Source: Thermoanaerobaculia bacterium
Lineage (GTDB): Bacteria; Acidobacteriota; Thermoanaerobaculia; UBA5066; Gp7-AA6
DNA: 64,000 bases
Assembly: GCA_040879385.1 (NCBI GenBank)
Contig: JBBDKM010000013.1
Coordinates: forward strand, 100,358-164,357
Reading direction: 5' to 3'
A model generated the notes under the pieces. The model saw only the letters and a program-made list of their open reading frames with translations, made no database searches and was not told where the DNA came from. Positions within the stretch are counted from its first letter, which is position 1; every line of letters starts with the position of its first letter. A program made the translations under genes and the position numbers. This document shows, in pieces, positions 55,401-64,000 of the stretch.

Positions 55401-57956
55401 TCAGAACGTCCGCCCGATCGAGAAGTCGAACCCGGACTTTCGCTCCGTGAGGAAGTCGACCGGGAACCCGAACTGGTCGATGGGCTGGATCGGGTGCAGG
55501 TTGAACGAATAGATGAACCGCAGGGGCGCCTGGAAGATGGGCAGGAAGATCCGGAGCTCCGCGCCTGCCGAGGAGCGCACGCGGGTGATGTCGAAGTTCT
55601 GGGACTCGTGGTAGTTGTTCCCGAGGTCCACGAAGGCGAGGAGCTTCGCGGGCCCCACCTGCAGGAACTGGTATTCGATGTTCAGGACGAAGAACTTGTT
55701 GCCGCCGAGGATCCGGCCGAACTCATCCGTGAAGACCTGGTTGGTGTCCTTGTGCAGGGGCACCACGGCGCCGACCCGGAAACCGCGCAGGCTCTGCTCG
55801 CCGCCCAGCTGGAAGCGTTCGAAGATCGGGATCGAGTCGCCCGAGAGCCCCTTGACGTAGCCGGCCTCGAAGTTCAGGCCGAGGAGCGCCCGGCGCGGGA
55901 AGCGCGACGGAATGTAGATCGTCGAACCGAGGCCCGGCTTCAGGAAGGCCGCGCTGCTCCCGAGGTAGCTCGGCGCGTACTGGACGGAGGCGAAGAGGCG
56001 GAAGCCGCGGGTCGGGTCGAACGGGTCGTTGCGGCTGTCGTACCGGTAGGCCGGCGTCAGCGACGAGGTCGTCCCCGTCGTCTCGGTGAACTTCTGCGGA
56101 GGCGCCGGCTGGCCCGGCGGGACCGGGGCGCTCCTCACGGGGAAGCTCGCCTTGATGTCCTCGTACGCGTAGAGCATCGAGAGTGAGTCGAAGAGACCGA
56201 TCCCCTTCCCGTAGAACGCCGAACCTCCCTGCCGGCTCTCGTCGATCGAGAGGTAGTTGACGCGCCGGCGGAAGAGGGACAACCCGACCGACTGGTTGCG
56301 GTCCATGAACCAGGGCACGGTGTAGGAAAGGTCGAAGTAGTTGGAGACCTTGCCGAGCTGGGCCGAGGCGCCGATGATCTCGCCGCGGCCCAGGAAGTTG
56401 CGGGTCTGGAAGGAGAACTGCCCGAAGAACCCGTCGAAACCGGAATACCCGGCGCCGAACTGAATCTCGTTGCGCGAGGTCTCCTGCCCCTTGATGACGA
56501 TATCGACCTTCTTCTCTTCCGGCCGCACGCCGAACTGGGGCTCCTCCGTCATCTTGAAGTACCCGAGCTGCTGGATCTTGGTGACGCTCTTCTTGACCGC
56601 CTCCATGTCCAGCACCTCGCCCTCGTTCAGCGCGAACTCCCGCCGGATCACCTTGTCCCGCGTCTGCGTGTTCCCCTGCACCTCCAGGCGCCCCAGGTAG
56701 AACTTCTCCCCTTCGAAGATCCTCAGGTCGAGATCCACCTTGTGGTCGCCGATTTCCTTGAACTGGGGATCCGCGAACCAGTAGATGAACCCCCGCGACT
56801 TGTACTTCGCCTCCATCGACGAGAGCGCCTCGACGAGCCGGTCGCGGTTCAGCACCGAGCCCGGGGGCAGCTCCCAGAACTGCTTCTTCAGGACCTCGAT
56901 CGGGAACACCGTCGGCACGCCGGTCTCCGTCGGCTGTCCGTTCTGCTGGACCGCCGTGATGTGGATCTCGTTCGTGTAGAACTTGTCGCCCTCCACGATC
57001 GGGAGCGTGATCCTGACCCGCCGCTTGATCTTCTTCGGCTCCTTCTTCGGATCCACCACGTAGACGTCGAGCGTGGGGTCCTTGACCACCACGTTCTTGT
57101 ACCCGCGGGCCTGGTACACGGCCTTGATGCCCTCCACATCCGCCTCGTAGTTGGCTTGGCTGTACACCGTGTTATCCGACAGGATCCGCCAGAAGGTCGC
57201 CACCTTCGTCTTTTTCATCGCGTTGCGCAGCGTCTGCGCCGAGACCGCGGTGTTTCCCGTGAACATGATCGACTCGATCTTGACCTTGTCCCCCTCGTCG
57301 ATCACGAAGACGACCTTCTTCTCGGTCTTCGACAGATCCTCGATCCGGTAGTCCACCGTCGCGCTGCGGAACCCCTGCGCCACGTACATCTCCGCGATCG
57401 CGGAGCGCTCCCGGGCGATGTCCCGGAGCGAGAGCGGCGCCCCCGCCCGGACCTCGATCTTGTTCTCCTTCAAGACGTCCTTGATCTGCGACGTGGACAG
57501 CTTCTTGTTGCCCTTGAACTCGACTTCCTTGATGATCGGCCGCTCCTCGATCGTGACCACCAGGGTCACGCCGGCCCCGGCCCGCTCCGCCTCGATCCGC
57601 ACGTTCTCGAGCAGGCCGACGTCCCAGAGCTTGTGGAAGTTCGCTCGGATCGTCTCCGGGTCGTACGGCTCCCCGACCTTGACCCCCAGGTAGTGGGCGA
57701 TGGTGTCCGGCGACACGGTCTGGTAGCCCACGACTCGAATTCCGACGATGGTCTCGCCGGTCAAAGGCGTCCCGGGCGCCGCCTCGACGGCCGCCGGGGC
57801 CGGCGGCGGGGTCGGTACGGGCGTCGGCCCGGGCTCCTGCCCGGTTACCGTTCCAAAGGAGAGCGTCACCGCGGCGAGAACCGCGGTCCCGAAGGACCCT
57901 CTGCGCAACGGCTCAGTGCCCCTGGGGGATCGGCTCGATCTCGCGCGCCGTGACAC
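55401..57956 (-). CDS. bamA: outer membrane protein assembly factor BamA
   Basis: Five POTRA-like units and a C-terminal 16-strand barrel ending ...FDFSIGRTF (terminal Phe). The 5' 44 nt overlap the clpC 3' end, so the start is uncertain. Confidence 0.93.
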   Translation of the reverse strand: MSRRARSSRSPRGTEPLRRGSFGTAVLAAVTLSFGTVTGQEPGPTPVPTPPPAPAAVEAAPGTPLTGETIVGIRVVGYQTVSPDTIAHYLGVKVGEPYDPETIRANFHKLWDVGLLENVRIEAERAGAGVTLVVTIEERPIIKEVEFKGNKKLSTSQIKDVLKENKIEVRAGAPLSLRDIARERSAIAEMYVAQGFRSATVDYRIEDLSKTEKKVVFVIDEGDKVKIESIMFTGNTAVSAQTLRNAMKKTKVATFWRILSDNTVYSQANYEADVEGIKAVYQARGYKNVVVKDPTLDVYVVDPKKEPKKIKRRVRITLPIVEGDKFYTNEIHITAVQQNGQPTETGVPTVFPIEVLKKQFWELPPGSVLNRDRLVEALSSMEAKYKSRGFIYWFADPQFKEIGDHKVDLDLRIFEGEKFYLGRLEVQGNTQTRDKVIRREFALNEGEVLDMEAVKKSVTKIQQLGYFKMTEEPQFGVRPEEKKVDIVIKGQETSRNEIQFGAGYSGFDGFFGQFSFQTRNFLGRGEIIGASAQLGKVSNYFDLSYTVPWFMDRNQSVGLSLFRRRVNYLSIDESRQGGSAFYGKGIGLFDSLSMLYAYEDIKASFPVRSAPVPPGQPAPPQKFTETTGTTSSLTPAYRYDSRNDPFDPTRGFRLFASVQYAPSYLGSSAAFLKPGLGSTIYIPSRFPRRALLGLNFEAGYVKGLSGDSIPIFERFQLGGEQSLRGFRVGAVVPLHKDTNQVFTDEFGRILGGNKFFVLNIEYQFLQVGPAKLLAFVDLGNNYHESQNFDITRVRSSAGAELRIFLPIFQAPLRFIYSFNLHPIQPIDQFGFPVDFLTERKSGFDFSIGRTF

Positions 57957-60345
57957 GCAGCCCTTCGGGCCCGACGCGAACCTCGATCACCTCCAACCGC
58001 TCCTCGCGGGCCGCGATCAGCAGCTCGGACACCGGGTCCTCGACGTGCTTCTGGATCGCGCGCCGCAGCGGACGGGCGCCCATGTTCGGGTCGTCCCCGT
58101 TCTGGGCCAGCAGCCACTCGACTGCGGCGTCATCCACGTCGATGACCGGGCCCTTGGAGGCTATCGTCGTGTTCACGTCGTCGATCAGGAGGCGGCAGAT
58201 CCTGGCGAGCTCGACTTGCCCGAGAGGGTGGAAGACGATGATGTCGTCGATGCGGTTGATGAACTCGGGCGAGAAGTCCCGCCGGAGCTCCTTCAAGACC
58301 AGGTCCTCGATCTCCTTGTTGCTCTGCGCTTCCCGCGAGCCGCCGAAGCCGACGCGGGTTCGGTTGACGAGGTGCTTGGTCCCGATGTTGGACGTCATGA
58401 TGATGAGGGTGTTCTTGAAGTCCACGACGTTGCCGTAGGCGTCCGTCAGAATGCCGTCCTCCAGGATCTGCAGGAGGAGATTGGCGATGTCCGGGTGGGC
58501 CTTCTCGATCTCGTCGAAGAGGATGACGCTGTACGGGTTGCGCCGGATCCGCTCCGTCAACTGCCCGCCCTCCTCGTGGCCGACGTAGCCCGGAGGCGAG
58601 CCGATGAGCCTGGAGACCGCGTGCTTCTCCATGTATTCGGACATGTCGAAGCGCACCAGCGACCGCTGGTTCTCAAAGAGGAACTCGGCCAGACGCCGCG
58701 CGACCTCCGTCTTCCCGACGCCGGAGGGCCCCAGGAAGATGAAGGAGCCCATCGGACGGTTGGGATTGTTCACGCCCAGGCGCGAGCGCCGGATCGCCTT
58801 GGACACGGCGATGATCGCGACCTCCTGGCCGACGATGCGGAGGCGCAGCGCGTCCTCCATGTGGAGCAGCTTCTCGGCCTCCTCCATCTCGAGCGAGGCC
58901 ACCGGGATCCCCGTCCAGGAGGAGATGATCTCTTCGATGTCGCGGCGCGTGACCTCCTGGGTGGCGTCGCTGCGCTCGGCGGACTGGGTCTTGGCGCGCT
59001 CGATCTCCTCCTTCAGCTCGATCTCCCGCTCCCGGAGGAACACGGCCTTCTCGAAGTCCTTGTCGGAGATCGCCTTCTTCATCTCCTTGACGATCTGCCG
59101 GATCTCGAGCTCGAGCTTGCGCAGGTTCTGCGTGTCCGCCACGCGCTTCAATTTCACCTTGGCGCCCGCCTCGTCGAGGATGTCGATCGCCTTGTCCGGG
59201 AAGAAGCGGTCGGTGATGTAGCGGTTGGACTGGTAGACCGCCGTCTTGATGGCCTCGGCGGAATAGCGGACTTTGTGGAACTGCTCGTATCGGTCCTTGA
59301 CGCCCTCGAGGATCTGGAAGGTCTCGTTCTCCGACGGGGCCGTCACGTGGATCGCCTGGAAGCGGCGCAGGAGGCTGCGGTCCTTTTCGACGTACTTGCG
59401 GTACTCCTTCAGCGTCGTGGCGCCGATGCAGGAGACCTCGCCGCGCGAGAGCGCGGGCTTCAGGATGTTCGCGGCGTCCAGCGACCCCTCCGCCGAGCCC
59501 GCGCCGATCAGCGAGTGGATCTCGTCGATGAAGATGATGAGATCCGGGTTCTCGCGCAGCTCGCGGATGATCCCCTTCAGCCGCTCCTCGAACTGCCCGC
59601 GGTACTTCGTCCCCGCCACGATGAGCGACAGGTCGAGCGCGAGGATTTTCTTCTGGGCGAGGAAGATCGGCACGGCGCCCTCGACGATGCGGGTGCCGAG
59701 GCCCTCGACGATCGCCGTCTTGCCCACGCCCGGCTCGCCGATCAGGATCGGGTTGTTCTTGGTGCGGCGCGAGAGAATCTGGATGATCCGCTCGACCTCT
59801 TTGTCCCGGCCGATGAGCGGGTCGAAGGTGCCGGTGCCGGCCAGCTGCGTCAGGTCGCGGCTGTACTCGGCCAGGAACGGAAGCTCCTTTTTCTGCTTCG
59901 AGACCTCCCGCTCCTTGATGAGCGAGATCGTCTCCTCGCGGACGCCGTAGAGGTTGAACCCGCGCGCCGTCAGGAGCCGGCCCGCGACACAGCCGTCGAC
60001 CCGGAGGAGACCGATCAGGAGGTGCTCGGTCCCGACGTAGGGGTGCATCATCGACTCGGCCTCGTGTGAGGCATACGCGAGGATCTTCTTGGACTCCTCC
60101 GAGAGCGGCAGCTCGGCCGTGGAAGAGATGCGCTCCACGAAGATCCGATCCCCTTCGATCTCCCGGCGAACGTCCTCCGGCTTCACGTTGAAGCGGGTGA
60201 AGATCTCCTTGATGATGTCCTCGCCTTCCCGAAGGATCCCGAGGAGGAGGTGCTCCGACTCGATCACCTTGGAGCCGAGCTTGGAGGCCTCGTAGCGCGC
60301 GAAGAAGAGCGCCCGGCGCGCCTTCTCGTTGTACTTCTCAAACAT
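57913..60345 (-). CDS. clpC: ATP-dependent Clp protease ATP-binding subunit ClpC-type
   Basis: Double Clp_N repeat, two AAA+ modules (GEPGVGKTAI, GPSGVGKTEV), and a UVR-like linker. Confidence 0.93.
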   Translation of the reverse strand: MFEKYNEKARRALFFARYEASKLGSKVIESEHLLLGILREGEDIIKEIFTRFNVKPEDVRREIEGDRIFVERISSTAELPLSEESKKILAYASHEAESMMHPYVGTEHLLIGLLRVDGCVAGRLLTARGFNLYGVREETISLIKEREVSKQKKELPFLAEYSRDLTQLAGTGTFDPLIGRDKEVERIIQILSRRTKNNPILIGEPGVGKTAIVEGLGTRIVEGAVPIFLAQKKILALDLSLIVAGTKYRGQFEERLKGIIRELRENPDLIIFIDEIHSLIGAGSAEGSLDAANILKPALSRGEVSCIGATTLKEYRKYVEKDRSLLRRFQAIHVTAPSENETFQILEGVKDRYEQFHKVRYSAEAIKTAVYQSNRYITDRFFPDKAIDILDEAGAKVKLKRVADTQNLRKLELEIRQIVKEMKKAISDKDFEKAVFLREREIELKEEIERAKTQSAERSDATQEVTRRDIEEIISSWTGIPVASLEMEEAEKLLHMEDALRLRIVGQEVAIIAVSKAIRRSRLGVNNPNRPMGSFIFLGPSGVGKTEVARRLAEFLFENQRSLVRFDMSEYMEKHAVSRLIGSPPGYVGHEEGGQLTERIRRNPYSVILFDEIEKAHPDIANLLLQILEDGILTDAYGNVVDFKNTLIIMTSNIGTKHLVNRTRVGFGGSREAQSNKEIEDLVLKELRRDFSPEFINRIDDIIVFHPLGQVELARICRLLIDDVNTTIASKGPVIDVDDAAVEWLLAQNGDDPNMGARPLRRAIQKHVEDPVSELLIAAREERLEVIEVRVGPEGLRVTAREIEPIPQGH

Positions 60346-60410
60346 GGGCGGCGCGGTCGGTCGCGATCGGGGTCAAACTGTTTGCAGCCATGGAGCGTGG
60401 ATCTCCGGAG

Positions 60411-61106
60411 TCATCCTCGCTCTGGCAAACCGGGCGACGGAGAGATTCCTTCCCGGGACATCAGGAAAAGTCTATCACAGCGCTTCGCGAGATCGGGGTT
60501 GTGCGTGACCAGAATCGTGGTCATTCCCCGCTCGGCGTGCAGCTCGCGGAGCAGGTCGAACACGGCCGCCGACGCGGCGGCGTCGAGATTGCCGGTCGGC
60601 TCGTCGGCGAGAAGCAGGCCCGGGTTGCGCGCGAGAGCGCGGGCGAGCGCCACGCGCTGCTGCTCCCCTCCCGACAGGGCTCGGGCCCCGTGCGCGCGAC
60701 GATCGCCGAGCCCGACGCGCTCGAGAAGCTGCGCTGCGCTGCGCAGGGCCTCTCTGGCCGGGACGCCGGCGATGCGCTCGGGGAAGGCGACGTTCTCCTC
60801 GGCGGTGAACTCGGGCAGCAGGTGGTGAAACTGGAACACGAAGCCGATCCTCTCGTTGCGAAAGCGGGCCCTCTCCCGCGGCGGCATCTCCTCGAGCGCC
60901 CGGCCGAACACCTCGACGCGCCCGGAGTCCGGCCGGTCGATTCCGCCGATCAAGTGAAGCAGCGTCGACTTCCCGACCCCCGAGGGTCCCATGACCGCCG
61001 CGAACGCTCCCGATGGCAGCTCGAAGGTGAGGTTCGAAAAGACCGTGACCGGCGCGCCTTCGCCGGTGTAGGTCTTGGAGAGGTTTTCGGCTCTGACGGC
61101 GAGCAT
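60411..61106 (-). CDS. lolD: lipoprotein-releasing system ATP-binding protein
   Basis: Walker A GPSGVGKST, signature LSGGEQQRVALARAL, Walker B LLLADEPTG. Follows the FtsX-type permease. Confidence 0.88.
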   Translation of the reverse strand: MLAVRAENLSKTYTGEGAPVTVFSNLTFELPSGAFAAVMGPSGVGKSTLLHLIGGIDRPDSGRVEVFGRALEEMPPRERARFRNERIGFVFQFHHLLPEFTAEENVAFPERIAGVPAREALRSAAQLLERVGLGDRRAHGARALSGGEQQRVALARALARNPGLLLADEPTGNLDAAASAAVFDLLRELHAERGMTTILVTHNPDLAKRCDRLFLMSREGISPSPGLPERG

Positions 61107-61116
61107 GGCTCAACGA

Positions 61117-61189
61117 GTCGACAGTCGGCAGTCGACAGTCGACAGGAGATCGGGCTCCAACTGTTGACTGTGGACTGTCAACCGTCGAC
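61117..61189. repeat. heptamer-built imperfect inverted repeat (73 nt) between lolE and lolD
   Basis: Left arm GTCGACA GTCGGCA GTCGACA GTCGACA. Right arm CTGTTGA CTGTGGA CTGTCAA CCGTCGA C. About 26 of 29 arm positions can pair (including G-U), and an inner GGAG/CTCC pair is also present. Confidence 0.8.
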
Positions 61190-61192
61190 TTC

Positions 61193-62368
61193 TCATCGCG
61201 ACAGCCGTATCGCTTCGCCCGGCGCCAGGCGCGCGGCGGCGCGCGCCGGCAGCACGGCGGCCGCCAGGGCCGTCACGAGGGCGAAGGCAGCGACGAAGGC
61301 GACCTCGCCCGGGTGGACGGCGAACGGCACGTGCGTCAGAAGGTAGACGTCGGACGGGAGCGGGACGAGGCGGAATCGGTCGGCCGCAACCGAGAGTCCG
61401 GCGCCGACGAGGACGCCGGCTGCCGTCCCGAGCGCACCGATCACGCCGCCGAGCGTCAAATAGACGCGCTGGAGCGCGCCCGGAGTCGCCCCCAGGGCGG
61501 TGAGGACGCCGAGGTCCCGTCTCTTCTCGACGACCGTCAGCGCGATGTTCGACACGATGTTCAGCGCCGCCACGACGATGACGAGCGCCACCGTCACGAA
61601 GATGACGACCTTCTCGAGAAGCAGCGCGAAGGCGAGCGGGGCGTTGAGCTCCCGCCAGGTCTGGATCCGGTAGCCCGGCCCCAGGGCGGCGCGGACGGCT
61701 CTCGCGGAGGCGTCGACCTCGAGCGGAGCCTTCAGCCGCGCCTCGTACGCGCCGGCGCCGACCGTGGTCCCCGAGAGCAACCGGGCCGTCTCCTCGGAAA
61801 CCTCGATCTCGGCCGCCTTCTCGAGGACGCCGGTGCGCCGCACGTCTTCGACCTTCAGCAGCACGGTCACGGGAATCGGCCCGATCGGCGAGAGCCGGAA
61901 GCGCGAGGACGTGAGGCGGACGCGATCGCCGGATCCCGTACGCAGCCGCGCCGCGAGCGTCCCGGCGATCCGCGCCGGAGGCTCCGCCGCGGCGTCGGCC
62001 GCCGGCAGCGGCCCGTTACGGTAGCGCACCGGCACGAGCGCGGCGCCCGCCTCGTCGGAGGCCCAGGCCCGGCCCTCGATTGCGGGGCTGGCCTCCACCG
62101 CTCCCGGGAGCCCGCGGAGGACCCGGGCAACCCGCTCCGCGTCGGGGAGGAGCGCTCCGCGCGCCGGCGAGACTCGCAGGTGCGCGCTCCGGTCCATCAT
62201 CTGCTGCCGGATCCGGTCCTGAAAGCCCGACAGGAGCGCGAGCGAGACGACCAGGGCGGCCACCCCGACCGCGAGCCCAACGATCGAGATCGCCGCGATC
62301 AGCGCCACGTGCGCCCGGCTCCGCGAGGCGGCGAGGTAACGCAGCGCAACGAACGTCTCGAATCTCAT
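61193..62368 (-). CDS. lolE: lipoprotein-releasing system permease (LolC/LolE, FtsX family)
   Basis: MRFETFVALRYL start. MacB-like periplasmic domain between TM1 and TM2, and an FtsX C-terminal bundle. Confidence 0.85.
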   Translation of the reverse strand: MRFETFVALRYLAASRSRAHVALIAAISIVGLAVGVAALVVSLALLSGFQDRIRQQMMDRSAHLRVSPARGALLPDAERVARVLRGLPGAVEASPAIEGRAWASDEAGAALVPVRYRNGPLPAADAAAEPPARIAGTLAARLRTGSGDRVRLTSSRFRLSPIGPIPVTVLLKVEDVRRTGVLEKAAEIEVSEETARLLSGTTVGAGAYEARLKAPLEVDASARAVRAALGPGYRIQTWRELNAPLAFALLLEKVVIFVTVALVIVVAALNIVSNIALTVVEKRRDLGVLTALGATPGALQRVYLTLGGVIGALGTAAGVLVGAGLSVAADRFRLVPLPSDVYLLTHVPFAVHPGEVAFVAAFALVTALAAAVLPARAAARLAPGEAIRLSR

Positions 62369-62441
62369 GAGCGAAGGGTCGTGAGCCGTAAGCCCTCAGC
62401 CGCGCGCCGACGGAAACCTACAAGGGACTTGCGCCTACGGT

Positions 62442-63998
62442 TCACGCTTCACGCTTGCGCTCCGGCCGGAGCAACGGAAACAGGATGACGTCCCGGATCG
62501 AATGCCGGTCCGTCAGGAGCATCGCGAGGCGGTCGATGCCGATCCCCTCGCCCGCCGTCGGCGGCATACCGTGCTCGAGCGCCTCCACGTAGTCCTCGTC
62601 GTAGGGAGCCGCCTCCATGTCCCCCCGGGCCCGCTCCTCGGCCTGGCGCCGGAAGCGGGCGGACTGCTCGGCGGGGTCGTTCAACTCGGAGAAGCCGTTG
62701 GCGATCTCCATGCCGCCGGCGTACAGCTCGAAGCGGTCGGCCCACTCGGGGTCCTCCGGCTTCTGGCGCGAGAGGGGCGAGATCTCGGTCGGGAACTCGT
62801 GGAGGAAGGTCGGCTGCACGAGCTTCGCCTCGGCGACCGCCTCGAAGAGCTCCGCCAGAAGTTTGCCCTTCCTGCCGCGAAACCGCTCCGGCTTCTCGAC
62901 CCCGAAGCGGGCGGCCGCCGCGGTCAGCTTCTCCTCCGAGGCGAGATCCTCCACCGCGATCTCGCCGCGAGCGTCGCCGAGCGAAAACTCCACCACCGCT
63001 TCGCGCATCGTCAGGCGACGGAAGGGCGGCGTCCAGTCGATGACGTCCTCCCCCCACGGCGTCCTCGGGCCTCCCGCGACCTCGCGAGCGAGGCCCGAGA
63101 GCATCTCCTCGGAGAGCCGCATGAGGTCCTCCCCCTGCGCGTACGCCTGGTAGAACTCCAGCATCGTGAACTCGGGGTTGTGCTGGGTCGAGATCCCCTC
63201 GTTGCGGAAGTTCCGGTTGATCTCGTAGACCTTCGGCATGCCGCCGACGACCAGCCGCTTCAGGTAGAGCTCGGGCGCGATCCGGAGATACAGGTCCATG
63301 TCGAGCGTGTTGTGGTGGGTCACGAAGGGTCGAGCCACCGCGCCGCCCGCGAGGGGCTGCATCATCGGGGTCTCGACCTCCAGGTACCCGCGCGCGTCGA
63401 GAAAACGCCGGAGGAACCGGACGATCGCCGCCCGCCGCTCGAAGACCTCACGAGACTCGGGATTGACCGCCAGGTCCAGGTAGCGCTGGCGATACCGGCG
63501 CTCGACGTCCTTCAGGCCATGCCACTTTTCCGGCAGCGGACGAAAGGACTTGGCGAGGAAGGTCAGGGTCCGGGCCTTGACCGACAGCTCTCCCGTGCGG
63601 GTCTTGAAGACCTCGCCCTCGACACCCAGCCAGTCGCCGAGGTCGAGGGACTCGTAGAGCTGGAAGGCGGAGTCGCCGACCGCGTCGCGCCGCAGGTACA
63701 CCTGGAGACGGGAGCGCCCGTCGGAGAGGTCGAGGAACCCGGCTTTGCCCGCGGTCCGCAGCGCGAGCACCCGCCCGGCCGTCGTTACCGGGATCTTCCG
63801 CGCCTCCAGCGCCTCGGCCGACTCGCCGCGATGGCGCTCTACGATCTCCGAGGCCGTTTCGGTGATCGGGAACCTGGCCGGCCAGAGCGGATACCCGAGA
63901 TCCCGGACGCGCTTCCAGTTCTCGCGCCGGTTTCGCAGCAGGTCGCTCTCGGACTCCGCGCCGGCCTCCGGGCTCGTCGGATCTCCCGGTCCGCTCAT
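62442..63998 (-). CDS. lysS: lysine--tRNA ligase (class II)
   Basis: OB anticodon-binding domain plus class II core (FRNEGISTQHNPEFTMLEFY, GIGIDRLAMLL). Confidence 0.95.
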   Translation of the reverse strand: MSGPGDPTSPEAGAESESDLLRNRRENWKRVRDLGYPLWPARFPITETASEIVERHRGESAEALEARKIPVTTAGRVLALRTAGKAGFLDLSDGRSRLQVYLRRDAVGDSAFQLYESLDLGDWLGVEGEVFKTRTGELSVKARTLTFLAKSFRPLPEKWHGLKDVERRYRQRYLDLAVNPESREVFERRAAIVRFLRRFLDARGYLEVETPMMQPLAGGAVARPFVTHHNTLDMDLYLRIAPELYLKRLVVGGMPKVYEINRNFRNEGISTQHNPEFTMLEFYQAYAQGEDLMRLSEEMLSGLAREVAGGPRTPWGEDVIDWTPPFRRLTMREAVVEFSLGDARGEIAVEDLASEEKLTAAAARFGVEKPERFRGRKGKLLAELFEAVAEAKLVQPTFLHEFPTEISPLSRQKPEDPEWADRFELYAGGMEIANGFSELNDPAEQSARFRRQAEERARGDMEAAPYDEDYVEALEHGMPPTAGEGIGIDRLAMLLTDRHSIRDVILFPLLRPERKREA

Positions 63999-64000
63999 CG

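Noticed and set aside
57748-60069. 773-aa plus-strand ORF antisense to clpC
   Set aside because: Composition-driven open frame opposite a strongly recognisable AAA+ gene, with no domain signatures.
61117-61189. Possible CRISPR-like or tandem-repeat array
   Set aside because: The units are only 7 nt with no spacers, arranged as two inverted blocks. No cas genes are present. It is better described as a structured intergenic repeat.

Overview
High-GC, very gene-dense chromosomal segment from a diderm (Gram-negative-type) bacterium. The lineage cannot be assigned without a database search. I support about 66 protein-coding genes and saw no rRNA, tRNA, CRISPR array, transposase or integrase. Many long ORFs in the six-frame track are high-GC artefacts, either antisense or alternate-frame read-through. 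In many cases the true gene starts at an internal ATG/GTG that overlaps the upstream stop by 4 nt (GTGA/ATGA). Recognisable housekeeping blocks are: thiolase; a Ser/Thr kinase with a TPR protein; prfB (with its programmed +1 frameshift)-lnt-lipA; an SPFH/NfeD pair; an Opp/Dpp-type ABC importer; a complete tolQ-tolR-tolA-like-tolB-pal-cpoB cluster; rpsT; lptE-leuS; nusB-ribH; the envelope cluster bamA-skp-lpxD-fabZ-lpxA; clpC; lolE-lolD; and lysS. The best candidate for something unusual is 13.1-17.4 kb. It holds an SDR / alpha-oxoamine synthase / GNAT-like operon with a convergent PAP2_C-like membrane enzyme. This is the enzyme set expected for bacterial ceramide or phosphosphingolipid synthesis, and it lies next to an SPFH/NfeD scaffold pair. 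Other items worth a second look: a truncated M1-peptidase remnant followed by an AT-rich 28-bp-arm hairpin (17.5-17.9 kb); a tandem pair of paralogous secreted ~150-aa proteins divergent from a zinc-ribbon/hotdog/NYN-LOTUS operon (24.4-27.1 kb); an S55 (SpoIVB-like) peptidase translationally coupled to a 725-aa beta-propeller protein next to tolQ; an archaeal-type GAPDH-like gene; and heptamer-built intergenic repeats. All functional calls rest on motif and family recognition by eye. No searches were run.
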